A stretch of 20,000 nt of DNA, taken from sequence record DRR378314_1883. One strand, given 5' to 3'. Positions 7,679-17,563 of the stretch are shown here, one piece after another (positions within the stretch are counted from its first letter, which is position 1; each line of letters starts with the position of its first letter). The position numbers and the translations under genes are program-made. The notes under the pieces were generated by a model. The model did not search any database. It saw nothing but the letters and a program-made list of their open reading frames with translations, and was not told the origin of the DNA.

Positions 7679-8548
7679 CTAATCCTTCTTCACCAAAGTA
7701 TTCAACACCAAGGCCGAAATGATCATAAATAGTCCAATAAAACTATAAATAGTGTAGGACTCATTGAACCATAAAACACCAATGGAAATTGTAAAAATTA
7801 CCTCAATGTATTTTAAGGGAGCAACCAGGTTTGTTTTTGCAATTTGAAATGCCTTGGTCATATATATTTGCCCCATGAAACCAAATACACCTAACAATAG
7901 TAAAAACATCCATTCGTAACCTATAGGCCTAACCCAAACAGTTATAGCCAAAAGTCCGCCAATTACGGTCCCTACGAACATAAAATAATTTACTACAACT
8001 GCAGGGTGATCGGAAACTCCTATTTTTCTAATAACCACATAAACCATTCCACTAAAAACAGAGGCGGTTAAGATGAGGGTCAGCCCTATAGTATTAATAT
8101 TGCCATCAAACCCTTTTAAAACCAGTACCCCTGCAAAGGCAGTCAGGAAGAAAAGCCATTGAATATTTTTCAACTTTTCCCTTAACAAGAAAACCGCAAA
8201 AACAGCAGCAAAAATAGGGGCTATATACCGTAATGAAACTGCAGTACCAACATTCAAGTATTTTAAGGAAAAAAAGAACAAACTCATAGCCGTTAGGCCC
8301 AACACAGCTCTTAACAACATAAGTCTTCTCTTGATACCAAATATGGGAATCCCCTTGACCAAAATATAGGTTGTTGCCAACACCAAGGAACCAAAACATC
8401 TAAAGAATACAATTTGAAATGTTGGGATCCGGTCTAAATACTTCACGGATACATTCATCAACGCAAATGAAAAGGTACTGATGGTCATAAAAAGCAATGC
8501 TTTTTTAAAATCCAGTCCGGAAGATTTACTCCATTTAATATGTAACAA
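7679..8548 (-). CDS. EamA/DMT-family transporter (start codon uncertain)
   Basis: About ten TM segments, two EamA repeats (QIVFFR, APIF…LLREKL, TKAFQ…VAPLKY). The track start is TTG; the real start may be CTG at 8515 or ATG at 8488. Confidence 0.9.
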   Translation of the reverse strand: MLHIKWSKSSGLDFKKALLFMTISTFSFALMNVSVKYLDRIPTFQIVFFRCFGSLVLATTYILVKGIPIFGIKRRLMLLRAVLGLTAMSLFFFSLKYLNVGTAVSLRYIAPIFAAVFAVFLLREKLKNIQWLFFLTAFAGVLVLKGFDGNINTIGLTLILTASVFSGMVYVVIRKIGVSDHPAVVVNYFMFVGTVIGGLLAITVWVRPIGYEWMFLLLLGVFGFMGQIYMTKAFQIAKTNLVAPLKYIEVIFTISIGVLWFNESYTIYSFIGLFMIISALVLNTLVKKD

Positions 8549-9014
8549 AATAGCGTTGTTGTTTTGCCAAGGCCAATATTTATTGGCCTAAAATCGCTAA
8601 GGTATAAAAACCTCCCCCATACTTCCTTTAAGAACAGTATGAATTGTCCTAATTTGATGAATTTCATGATTTTTAACCGGACACAGTCGCAGAGGTTGGT
8701 GCAATTAATTAGCTGTGTTTGGTTCTTGTGATAATCCGATCACAATCCTAATCGGAATGGCAAACCTAACTACCTGCAACCAAAATACTGTTTTACAGTT
8801 ATTTATAAAATCCTATTTCCCTTTGCAGGCCTATTTGCACACTCAAAACCTAGAAGGAACCCTAAAGATCTATATCGTATATTCCCCAGTAGCAGCCAAA
8901 TTGGACAAAATATTTCTTGAGCACAAATTAATGAATGTATAATTTCAATTTCTTTTGACAAGACAAGCTAAACTTATCTATAGATGACGCCCCGTATAGA
9001 TTCTGTTATAAGAT

Positions 9015-9049
9015 CAAAATCACACCTAAATGATTTAGGTGTGATTTTG
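9015..9049 (-). terminator. Intrinsic terminator-like hairpin ending the ara operon
   Basis: Perfect inverted repeat CAAAATCACACCTAAA-TGA-TTTAGGTGTGATTTTG, 17 nt downstream of the SSS stop. A/T tracts on both sides suggest it may be bidirectional. Confidence 0.85.
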
Positions 9050-9066
9050 GTGGAAAATAAATTAAT

Positions 9067-10632
9067 TTAAGATAAATAAACATAAATCCCAATTACCGCA
9101 GCCAAAATAGCATACCCAACCGGCTTTAAATATTTCCAAGGTTTAATATCAACCTGCCTCGTATATTCTTGGGTGTAGTCTGTTTCCCGAGGAGCAAATT
9201 GGCTAACAACAAACATGATTATTATAGTTAATACGAACAATATGCCCATAAGGTGTAAGAAACTGATATTGGGTTTAATGACATACAGTGTAACCAAGTA
9301 TGTAACAACACTAAACAAAATAGAAATGTTTGCAGCTTTTCCAGACACACGCTTAGAAAAAATCCCAACAATAATAATTGCCAAAATGGGGACGCTATGT
9401 GTACCGTTCAATTCTTGCAGGTATGTAAATATCCCACCTTGAACACCATAAAGCAACGGTGCAATTCCCATCGAAAATAGAGCCAAGATAATACCAAATA
9501 TTTTACCTGCCTTTACTACCTGTTTCTCTGAGGCGTCCTTATTTATATATTCTTTATAAAAATCAAGACCAAATAAAGTCACCGAACTATTTAAGGCGCT
9601 ATTAAAAGAACTCAAAATGGCTCCAAAAAGTACAGCCGCAAAAAATCCTATAAATGCCAACGGGAGCACAGCCTTTACAACCATAGGATATGCTTCATCT
9701 GCATTGGCCAGATCACCATTGAAAAGATAAAACGCTATTATACCGGGCAGCACCACTATAAAAGGGCCCAGCATTTTAATAAATGCCGCCAATAGAAGGC
9801 CTATTTGCCCTTCTTTTAAATTTTTAGCACCAAGTGCTCTTTGAATAATCGCTTGATTCGTTCCCCAATAGTAAAAGTTAACTATAATCATCCCAGTAAA
9901 AAGTGTCCAAAATGGTACGTCGGAATCTGGTCCTCCAATAATATCAAATTTCTCAGGAAGTGCTGTGGTCAATATTTTTAAACCTGAAAATACATTGCCA
10001 TCACCTATCTTCATCAAACCAAAAATGGGAATTAGAGACCCCCCAATAATCAAACCTACTGCATTAACAGTATCAGATACGGCCACTGCTTTTAGACCTC
10101 CAAAAATAGCATAGATACTACCAATTATGCCAATTGACCAGACCGTTACCCAAAGTGCCGGCTCTGGGTTCATTCCAATCATCTCAGGAATATCGAACAT
10201 AGAATTAATGGCCAAAGCTCCTGAGTATAGAACAGTAGGAAGCATAGAAATGGCATACCCCAAAAGGAACAGCATAGAAACTATGGTCTTGGTAGATTTA
10301 CCATATCTTTTTTCCAAAAATTGAGGAATGGTGGTAATACCTCCTTTTAGATATTTAGGCAATAATATAAAGGCTGTAAAGACCATTGCTACAGCGGCAA
10401 CTACTTCATAGGCCATAATTGGCAATCCATCTCTAAAGGACACCCCGTTCATTCCTACAATTTGTTCAGTGGACAGGTTGGTAAGCAACAATGAACCTGC
10501 TATAACCGGACCAGTCAAACTTCTTCCTCCCAAAAAATAACCATCTGAAGACTTTTCATTGGTCTTTCTAGTAGACCACCAAGCTATGACAGCTACCAAT
10601 AATGTAAAAGCGGCAAAAGAAATCAATCCCAT
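9067..10632 (-). CDS. Sodium:solute symporter (SSS), probable L-arabinose transporter
   Basis: YFLGGRSL, LTNLSTEQIVG, GGLKAVAVSD and NQAIIQRALGAK motifs. Last gene of the ara operon; substrate inferred from context. Confidence 0.9.
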   Translation of the reverse strand: MGLISFAAFTLLVAVIAWWSTRKTNEKSSDGYFLGGRSLTGPVIAGSLLLTNLSTEQIVGMNGVSFRDGLPIMAYEVVAAVAMVFTAFILLPKYLKGGITTIPQFLEKRYGKSTKTIVSMLFLLGYAISMLPTVLYSGALAINSMFDIPEMIGMNPEPALWVTVWSIGIIGSIYAIFGGLKAVAVSDTVNAVGLIIGGSLIPIFGLMKIGDGNVFSGLKILTTALPEKFDIIGGPDSDVPFWTLFTGMIIVNFYYWGTNQAIIQRALGAKNLKEGQIGLLLAAFIKMLGPFIVVLPGIIAFYLFNGDLANADEAYPMVVKAVLPLAFIGFFAAVLFGAILSSFNSALNSSVTLFGLDFYKEYINKDASEKQVVKAGKIFGIILALFSMGIAPLLYGVQGGIFTYLQELNGTHSVPILAIIIVGIFSKRVSGKAANISILFSVVTYLVTLYVIKPNISFLHLMGILFVLTIIIMFVVSQFAPRETDYTQEYTRQVDIKPWKYLKPVGYAILAAVIGIYVYLS

Positions 10633-10691
10633 AATTCAAAAGGTATAATTAGTTGGCTTAAAAATGTACTCCAATAGCAACCTAATGGTTC

Positions 10692-11876
10692 CTATTTTAC
10701 TGAAAATACAAATGTGGTTTTTGATGTATATCTTTCACCTGGGTTCAAAACAACCGTTGGGAAGTCTTTTTGATTGGGCGTATCTGGAAAATGCTGTGTC
10801 TCTAGGCAAAAACCCGTTCTATGGGCATAAGTCCCTCCACTTGGCGCGGGTAAGGTGCCATCCAAAAAGTTTCCTGTATAAAATTGAATTCCTGGCTCAT
10901 CCGAAAATACTTCCATCATGCGGCCACTGCCATTATCATAAGCAGAAGCAACTAGACGCATGGTATCGTCTTCCCCATTTAAAACCCAACAATGGTCGTA
11001 TCCCTTGCCTAAAATCAACTGTTCATTGTTAGTTCCAATTTCCTTTCCTATTGCTTTTGGTTTTCTAAAATCAAATGGTGTACCCTCTACCTTTTTAATT
11101 TCACCCATAGGAATTAAAGTGGCATCCACTGGCAAATATGCATCCGCATTTATTACAATATCATGACCTAGAATATCCTTGTTAAAATCTCCTGTTAAGT
11201 TGAAATAAGCATGTTGGGTCAAATTTACTATCGTTGTTTTATCGGTAGTAGCCTCATACGTTACCTCCACTTTATTATCATTTGTAAGCGTATAAAGTAC
11301 TGTAACCTCTAAATTACCGGGATAACCTTCTTCTCCATCCCTGCTTACATAGGTTAATTTTAAGGTCACACTATCCTCTCTTTCAATGGGTTGAGCCGTC
11401 CATACAACCCGATCAAAACCATTGACACCACCGTGCAAATGATTGGGACCGTCATTGGTAGCTAAGGTATATTCCTTATTATTCACTGAGAATTTACCTT
11501 TAGCGATGCGGTTACCATAACGTCCTATCAGGGCTCCAAAAAAAGGATTCTCCTTTAGGTAATCCTCCAAATTGTCAAAGCCTAAAACCACATTTTCGAA
11601 CTCACCATTTTTGTTTGGAACTTTTAATGAAGTAATTCTACCTCCGTAGGTAATTACATCCATTTCAACACCTTTTACATTTTTTAGATTATACATCTCA
11701 ACCTTAGTGCCATCGGGCATTGTTCCGTAATCCGATTTGATCATAGTCAATTTTACTTTGGGGCTACCGCTCATGTTTTCGATGGATTTATTTTGTTTTC
11801 CGTTTTTACATTGAATATTTAAGCCCACTAGGGCTACCAGTAAAACATTAAAAAAGGAACCTTTATATATTCTCAT
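10692..11876 (-). CDS. galM: Aldose 1-epimerase (mutarotase) with lipoprotein-type signal peptide
   Basis: GRYGNRI, HLHGG, TQHAYFNL, GYDH and CLETQHFPD motifs. N-terminal hydrophobic stretch ends in NIQ-C. Confidence 0.93.
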   Translation of the reverse strand: MRIYKGSFFNVLLVALVGLNIQCKNGKQNKSIENMSGSPKVKLTMIKSDYGTMPDGTKVEMYNLKNVKGVEMDVITYGGRITSLKVPNKNGEFENVVLGFDNLEDYLKENPFFGALIGRYGNRIAKGKFSVNNKEYTLATNDGPNHLHGGVNGFDRVVWTAQPIEREDSVTLKLTYVSRDGEEGYPGNLEVTVLYTLTNDNKVEVTYEATTDKTTIVNLTQHAYFNLTGDFNKDILGHDIVINADAYLPVDATLIPMGEIKKVEGTPFDFRKPKAIGKEIGTNNEQLILGKGYDHCWVLNGEDDTMRLVASAYDNGSGRMMEVFSDEPGIQFYTGNFLDGTLPAPSGGTYAHRTGFCLETQHFPDTPNQKDFPTVVLNPGERYTSKTTFVFSVK

Positions 11877-11906
11877 AATAATTAATTTTAGTCAGAAGAG
11901 TTAAGG

Positions 11907-13403
11907 CTATTTAAACATATAATAAGCTTCATTGGCTTTGATGGTACTTTTGAAGTCTCTTATAGTGGTATCTTCGTCAATTACCAATGATTCTATATTG
12001 GCCATCTCGGCAAAATCTTCCATTTGCTCTACCGTAATATTTTCACTGTAGCAGGTATGATGCGCACCTCCACCTAATATCCATGCCGTACAAGCAGTTT
12101 CGAAATCGGGTAAAGGTTTCCACATGACTCTGGCCACAGGTAAATTTGGTAAATCCTCCAGAATTTCTTCACCGACCGTTTTATTGATTAATAACCTGAA
12201 TCGGTTTCCAAAGTCCATTAAGGCTGCCACGAGCGAATCCCCGGCCCTACCGTTAAAAACTAAGCGCACAGGATCTTCTTTACCTCCAATTCCTAAAGGG
12301 TGTATTTCACAAGACGGTTTATTGGCTGCCAAAACTGGATCAACCTCCAACATATGTGACCCTAAAACTCTAGGAGCTACTGGATCTAAGTGATATGTAT
12401 AATCTTCCATAAAAGCATTTCCTCCTTCCAAACCAGACCCCATAACTTTCATGGCACGGGTTAATGCGGCAGTTTTCCAATCGCCTTCCCCTGCAAATCC
12501 ATAACCCTTTTGCATTAAGCGTTGTACGGCTATTCCAGGTAACTGTTTCATTCCGTGCAGGTCTTCGAAAGTATCACTGAAACCCTTGAAATTGCCATCC
12601 ACCAAGAATTTTTCAAGCCCCAATTCTATTCGCGCTGCTTCAATTAAAGATTGTCTGTTTTCACCTCCTTCAAGAAGTGAATCCATCATGGTATAGGATA
12701 CCTCATATTCCTTAACAAGTTGGTTTATGGCATCATTTGAAATAGAATTAATAACCTGCACCAAATCTCCAACCGCATACGTATTTACAGAAAACCCAAA
12801 CTTGGTTTCTGCCTCCACTTTATCACCATCGGTTACGGCAACAAAACGCATATTGTCTCCAAACCTTGCAAATTTCGCTCCTTGCCAATCATCCCACCCG
12901 GCTGCAACACGCGTCCAATCCCCAATTTTCTTTTGAACACGGTCTGTTGACCAATGGCCAACAACTACTTTTCTGTTTTTCCGTAAGCGACTGACCATAA
13001 ATCCAAATTCCCGGTCACCATGTGCCGCCTGATTTAGGTTCATAAAATCCATATCCATAGTATCCCACGGAATATCCCTATTAAATTGGGTATGCAGATG
13101 TAATAATGGTTTTTGAAGTGCGGTCAGCCCCCTTATCCACATTTTTGCGGGAGAAAAGGTATGCATCCATGTAATTATACCAATACAATTCTTTTCTTGA
13201 TTTGCAGCCGTCAAAGTCTCATATATTTCATCTGATGACTTTACAGTTGGTTTGTAGATGATATTGACAGGAATTAAAACAGAATCATTTAATACACTAG
13301 CTATTTTAGTGGAGTTGTCAGCAACCTGCATTAATGTATCTGGTCCGTATAAATCCTGACTTCCTGTTATAAACCAAACTTCCTTTTTAGAAATATCTAT
13401 CAT
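11907..13403 (-). CDS. araA: L-arabinose isomerase
   Basis: [55 protein letters not shown] and GGAHHT motifs. Confidence 0.98.
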   Translation of the reverse strand: MIDISKKEVWFITGSQDLYGPDTLMQVADNSTKIASVLNDSVLIPVNIIYKPTVKSSDEIYETLTAANQEKNCIGIITWMHTFSPAKMWIRGLTALQKPLLHLHTQFNRDIPWDTMDMDFMNLNQAAHGDREFGFMVSRLRKNRKVVVGHWSTDRVQKKIGDWTRVAAGWDDWQGAKFARFGDNMRFVAVTDGDKVEAETKFGFSVNTYAVGDLVQVINSISNDAINQLVKEYEVSYTMMDSLLEGGENRQSLIEAARIELGLEKFLVDGNFKGFSDTFEDLHGMKQLPGIAVQRLMQKGYGFAGEGDWKTAALTRAMKVMGSGLEGGNAFMEDYTYHLDPVAPRVLGSHMLEVDPVLAANKPSCEIHPLGIGGKEDPVRLVFNGRAGDSLVAALMDFGNRFRLLINKTVGEEILEDLPNLPVARVMWKPLPDFETACTAWILGGGAHHTCYSENITVEQMEDFAEMANIESLVIDEDTTIRDFKSTIKANEAYYMFK

Positions 13404-13424
13404 TTCAAATATTTATGTTATTGT

Positions 13425-14126
13425 TTATTGACCGTAGTAAGAGTTGGCACCATGTTTACGATCGTAATGTTTCTTTATCAATGAGTCCTTTAATCTGGGG
13501 GCTTTTGGATTTATCTGCAGTGTTAAATACGCCATTTCTGCAATTACCTCCAAAACTTTGCTATTGTAAACTGCTTTAGCTGCACTTTTTCCCCAAGCAA
13601 ATGGACCGTGATTACCGATTAATATCATTTCTACTTCCCTATACGAAAGTTTTTTTTCTTTGAAACAATCAATAATTTGAACGCCTGTATTGTGCTCATA
13701 ATTACCTTCTATAAGATCATCGCGCATAGGCTGTGCACAGGGAATATCCGCAGTTAAATGATCGGCATGTGTAGTTCCAAAAATTGGAATATCCAATTGG
13801 GATTGGGCCCAAGCGACCGAGTAAGTCGCATGAGTATGGGCAATTCCTCCTACATCCTCCCAATTTTTATAAAGATAAGCATGTGTTTTTGTATCCGAAG
13901 AAGGACGCATACTTCCTTCAACTATATTGTTTTCAAAATCAACGATTACTATGTCCTCTGGTTTTAAAGCCTCATAGGCAATCCCACTTGGTTTAATTGC
14001 AAAAACACCATTCTCCCTATCAACGGCACTTACATTTCCAAAAGTATAAACAACTAAATTTAATTCATTCAGATGCATATTGGCTTCGTAGCATTCCTGT
14101 TTTAAATGTTTAAATTTTGATTTCAT
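13425..14126 (-). CDS. araD: L-ribulose-5-phosphate 4-epimerase
   Basis: TFGNVSA, IKPSG, PSSDTKTH, HTH and GTTHAD motifs; C-terminal KHYDRKHGANSYYGQ. Confidence 0.97.
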   Translation of the reverse strand: MKSKFKHLKQECYEANMHLNELNLVVYTFGNVSAVDRENGVFAIKPSGIAYEALKPEDIVIVDFENNIVEGSMRPSSDTKTHAYLYKNWEDVGGIAHTHATYSVAWAQSQLDIPIFGTTHADHLTADIPCAQPMRDDLIEGNYEHNTGVQIIDCFKEKKLSYREVEMILIGNHGPFAWGKSAAKAVYNSKVLEVIAEMAYLTLQINPKAPRLKDSLIKKHYDRKHGANSYYGQ

Positions 14127-14137
14127 GATTTCTTAAT

Positions 14138-15802
14138 TTAAGTAACAGATTCGATGAACTCACTTAATTCCGAATAAGAATCCATTAAAAGATTATAGTC
14201 CGCAAGTTTATGCGGCTCAGGGAAATATTCTGCTTCAAAATCACTTCCCATATGTTTAGCTGCTTCAATGACGGTTGGATAGATACCTGCAGCCACTGCT
14301 GCATAAATAGCAGCTCCCAATGCCGGTGCCTGATCGGATTCTGCCACTTTTATAGTTTTGTTTAAAACATTTGCCAAGGTTTGCATAATAAAAGGTGATT
14401 TTCTGGCCACCCCGCCTATGCCTATTACACTGTCTATTCTTACACCTTCTTCCTCAAAACGAGCCACAATTTTCTTGGAACCAAAGCAAATCGCATTTAT
14501 CAAGGCTTTAAAAATATGTGGTGCTTTTGTTCCCAAGGATAAATTGGACATGGCCGCTTTCAACTCCTGATTTGCATCAGGTGTTCGTCGTCCGTTGATC
14601 CAATCCAAAGCGGTAGGGATACTTTCTGAAATGGGAATTTGAGAGGCTTGATCACTTAATACACGGATAAAGCCAAAGTCTATTTCCTCTTTTAATTTAT
14701 TTTTTTGATCTTCGGTAAGGATATCGGAGGACAACACCAAATTATCAATTGGCCAATACAAAACATCTTTAAACCAAGCCAATACATCCCCGAAGGCCGA
14801 TTGTCCAGCTTCCAGTCCAATGGATCCAGGAATGACAGAACCATCAACTTGACCACATATACCTCTTACGGTTCTACTTCCAATAATTTCTTTTGGAGAA
14901 ACCAAAATATCACAGGTGGAAGTTCCCATAACACGTACTAAGGTGTTTTGATCTATTTTTGCTCCTACTGCACCTGCATGTGCATCAAAGGTGCCAACGG
15001 AAATTATGGTATCCGTCGATAAGCCCAGCTTTTTTGCCCATTCTTTGTTCAAGTTACCTGCAACATGATCGGATGTATAGGTTTCATCATAAAGCCTTCC
15101 TCTAAGTTGGGAAAGATATGGATCTAATAGATGCAGGAAGTCTTCAGAAGGTAACCCATTCCAATCCTCATGCCACATAGCCTTGTGGCCTGCGGCACAA
15201 CGACTTCGTTTAAATGTTTTTAAATCCTTATCCTCAATTAACAAATAGGTCATTAAATCACAGTGTTCCATCCAGGTATAGGCGGCATTCCCAACAGCTT
15301 CATCTATCCTTATAATATGTAATATTTTGGCCCAAAACCATTCCGATGAATAGATACCACCTTCATATTTAGTAAAATTAACTCCGCCCCAATTAGCTGC
15401 CAACCTATTAATTTCGTTGGCTTCATTAATGGCCGTATGATCTTTCCATAGAACCATCATGGCATTGGGGTTCTCTTTAAAACCTTCAACCAAGGCTAAA
15501 GGTGTCCCATTTTCAGTAACCGGAACAGGTGAAGAACCTGTTGTATCAATACAAATACCTTTTATTTCCAATGGGCTTACATTTCCCTTTTTAACGACTT
15601 CCTTAATAGTAACTTCAAGACCTTCAATATGATCTAAAGGATGTTGCCGAAATTGGTTAATGGATTCATTGCAATATTTATTTGTTCTCCATCTCGTATA
15701 ATAATCAACACTAGAAGCCAATTCCTTTCCTGTTGCTGTGTCAATTAAAATTGCCCTTACAGAGTCAGAACCATAATCCAGCCCAATCACATAACTTTTC
15801 AT
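14138..15802 (-). CDS. araB: Ribulokinase (FGGY family)
   Basis: IGLDYGSDSVRA, FRQHPLD, LWKDHTA, GGIYSSEWFWAK, EAGQSAFGD and DWINGRRTP motifs. Confidence 0.97.
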   Translation of the reverse strand: MKSYVIGLDYGSDSVRAILIDTATGKELASSVDYYTRWRTNKYCNESINQFRQHPLDHIEGLEVTIKEVVKKGNVSPLEIKGICIDTTGSSPVPVTENGTPLALVEGFKENPNAMMVLWKDHTAINEANEINRLAANWGGVNFTKYEGGIYSSEWFWAKILHIIRIDEAVGNAAYTWMEHCDLMTYLLIEDKDLKTFKRSRCAAGHKAMWHEDWNGLPSEDFLHLLDPYLSQLRGRLYDETYTSDHVAGNLNKEWAKKLGLSTDTIISVGTFDAHAGAVGAKIDQNTLVRVMGTSTCDILVSPKEIIGSRTVRGICGQVDGSVIPGSIGLEAGQSAFGDVLAWFKDVLYWPIDNLVLSSDILTEDQKNKLKEEIDFGFIRVLSDQASQIPISESIPTALDWINGRRTPDANQELKAAMSNLSLGTKAPHIFKALINAICFGSKKIVARFEEEGVRIDSVIGIGGVARKSPFIMQTLANVLNKTIKVAESDQAPALGAAIYAAVAAGIYPTVIEAAKHMGSDFEAEYFPEPHKLADYNLLMDSYSELSEFIESVT

Positions 15803-15825
15803 ACAGCAATTATTTGGTTATTTGA

Positions 15826-15833
15826 CAAATGTA
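15826..15833 (-). promoter_or_regulatory. -7 promoter element (TACATTTG) of the araB operon
   Basis: Exact TAnnTTTG on the minus strand, 23 nt upstream of the araB ATG. Confidence 0.7.
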
Positions 15834-15840
15834 GCATTTA

Positions 15841-15861
15841 TAAATGTTATTTACACACTTA
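15841..15861. promoter_or_regulatory. Putative AraR (NrtR-family) operator 1
   Basis: TAAATGTTATTTACACACTTA, an imperfect palindrome of GT-N7-AC type. It overlaps the expected -33 region of the araB promoter. Confidence 0.8.
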
Positions 15862-16259
15862 TATTTATTAAATATAAATTTTCATGTAACATTCAATTAG
15901 AAAAGCTATAATAACACTCCTGGAACACCTCTTTTAATCCGGTTAAATTTTCCTTTGGCTTATTTATTTTTGTTTGATTGAACGTATTATGTTTATCCAA
16001 ACTGCCACAGTCTAGAAATATAAAGCCGTATTTTGATTTGGCCTTTACAATTGTCTTGACTTATTACTTAAAACACTTTTTAACTTTCAAAAGTGAAGTA
16101 ACTATTACAAAGCGATGGCAGGAGCATCCAACTTTATTACTTTGTCCTTATTGCCCCATATTTAAATGGCACTTTCCCACCACTACGCATAAATTATGTT
16201 GTATGTATAATTTTTATATAGTTGCAAAAATAAACCATCATGAACAAATGTATTTATAT

Positions 16260-16280
16260 TAAATGTTAGGCCAACACTTA
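16260..16280. promoter_or_regulatory. Putative AraR operator 2 (upstream of araR)
   Basis: TAAATGTTAGGCCAACACTTA. It abuts a candidate araR promoter (TTTG 16284-16287, TATCTTAG 16306-16313). Confidence 0.8.
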
Positions 16281-16328
16281 TCTTTTGTGTCTTCTATAAA
16301 TATTATATCTTAGCCTAAAAATAAGGAA

Positions 16329-17024
16329 ATGGTGGTAGAAGGGTACAACCTTGCAGATAAGGTTTTTCTAGCTGTAGATTGTATAATCTTCGGATTTGAT
16401 AATGAAGATTTAAAAGTGCTATTAATTCAGAGGGACTTTGAACCTGAAAAAGGGAAGTGGTCACTGATGGGTGGGTTCGTACAACACCACGAGACCTTAA
16501 ATGATGCCGCTTCCAGAGTTCTGCATAGATTAACCGGTGTACACGATATATATATGGAACAACTTTATACATTTAGTGAAGTTGACAGAGATCCATTGGC
16601 GAGAACTATTTCCACATCCTACTATGCAATCATCAATATTGAAAAACACAACGAAGAAATTACCGAGCAAAACAATGCCAAATGGTTTAGTTTGTCCGAT
16701 GTACCAGACTTAATATTTGATCACAATCAGATGTTGTATAAGGCTATCAAAAGATTACGTAGAAGAACCTCTATAAATCCAATTGGTTTTGAACTTTTGC
16801 CTGAGAAGTTTACAATGCGTCATTTGCAAAAATTGTACGAGGCCATCTTGGACAAAAAATTAGACAAAAGGAATTTTATAAATAAAATAAATTCTATGGA
16901 CATCTTGATCAAGCTAAAGGAAAAAGACATGACCTCTTCTACAAAAGGCTCTTACCTTTATATGTTCGATCAGGAAAAATATGACGCGAAAAATAGAAAT
17001 GACTTTTATTTAAAATTATCCTAG
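16329..17024 (+). CDS. araR: NrtR-family (Nudix + winged HTH) transcriptional regulator, AraR-type
   Basis: AVDCIIFGF, W.LMGGFV, EQLYTF…RDP..R.IS, LIFDH and FELLPEKFT..LQ.LYE.IL…DKRNF motifs. Degenerate Nudix box; divergent from the ara operon. Confidence 0.88.
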   Translation: MVVEGYNLADKVFLAVDCIIFGFDNEDLKVLLIQRDFEPEKGKWSLMGGFVQHHETLNDAASRVLHRLTGVHDIYMEQLYTFSEVDRDPLARTISTSYYAIINIEKHNEEITEQNNAKWFSLSDVPDLIFDHNQMLYKAIKRLRRRTSINPIGFELLPEKFTMRHLQKLYEAILDKKLDKRNFINKINSMDILIKLKEKDMTSSTKGSYLYMFDQEKYDAKNRNDFYLKLS

Positions 17025-17205
17025 AGTAGAATTTATTTAAAAATAAAAAAGTCCCATTTTATTTGTGCCAATTTGCTATTAGTTATTTCCTTTGGAGTAA
17101 TCAGCTACGCCTTGAACATATACATCATATTGCCAACTTGTCCAAATCATTCCTAATCGATTAGTCCTGTTCTAAATAAGAAAGGACCGTCCATAACTTT
17201 AATAG

Positions 17206-17537
17206 GCACATTATTTCTGTGGAATATATTAGTTCTGCTGTAATTCCGGCCATAATTTTCATTGGTAGTTTGTTCTCTACCGCGTATTTAGGGACACACC
17301 TCATCAGATGAATCCCTAACTTTCCGAAGCTAGTGGATCGGCATTCGACTTTATTGCATGTTCTTTTACTGTTAGCCCATATCAGTCCCAACTATTCAAG
17401 CCCATAGGTGGAGTCTGTGCCCATTCTTTAGAGTTGGATTTTTTTTTTGTTTTAAGATTCGATTTTTATTGGTGCTACCACATGACATTAAAAACGGCAA
17501 ACAAAAATATTATAGCAAAACATCCATTTCTCTTCAT
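17206..17537 (-). pseudogene. Decayed GH27 glycosidase (beta-L-arabinopyranosidase/alpha-galactosidase-like) lipoprotein gene
   Basis: ATG at 17537 with a frameshifted signal peptide (MKRNGCFAIIFLFAV/LMSC). Then KEWAQTPPMGLNSWD*YGLTVKEHAIKSNAD (stop at 17382-17384), and in another frame KLGIHLMRCVPKYAVENKLPMKIMAGITAELIYSTEIMC. These match GH27 motifs TPPMGWNSWDCYG and KFGIHIMRGIP. Confidence 0.85.
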
Positions 17538-17563
17538 GCAAGTGTGGTAATTAAATCTAATAT

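Noticed and set aside
8106-8942. ORFs 8106..8399, 8485..8667 and 8715..8942
   Set aside because: Alternate-frame overlaps or non-ATG starts with no protein-like features.
9215-14941. Multiple plus-strand ORFs within the ara operon
   Set aside because: Antisense shadows of SSS, galM, araA, araD and araB.
16060-16100. Operator-like half sites (ACACTT near 16073, AAGTG near 16091)
   Set aside because: Only one half matches the consensus at the right spacing; too weak to call.
15978-16572. ORFs 15978..16262 (+) and 16315..16572 (-)
   Set aside because: The first has a TTG start, looks non-coding and runs over regulatory sites; the second is antisense to araR.
17041-17064. AAATAAAA…TTTTATTT inverted repeat after araR as a terminator
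   Set aside because: A/T-only stem, expected by chance in AT-rich DNA.
17040-17205. Possible further GH27 debris downstream of the called pseudogene
   Set aside because: Only vague resemblance by eye; needs blastx.
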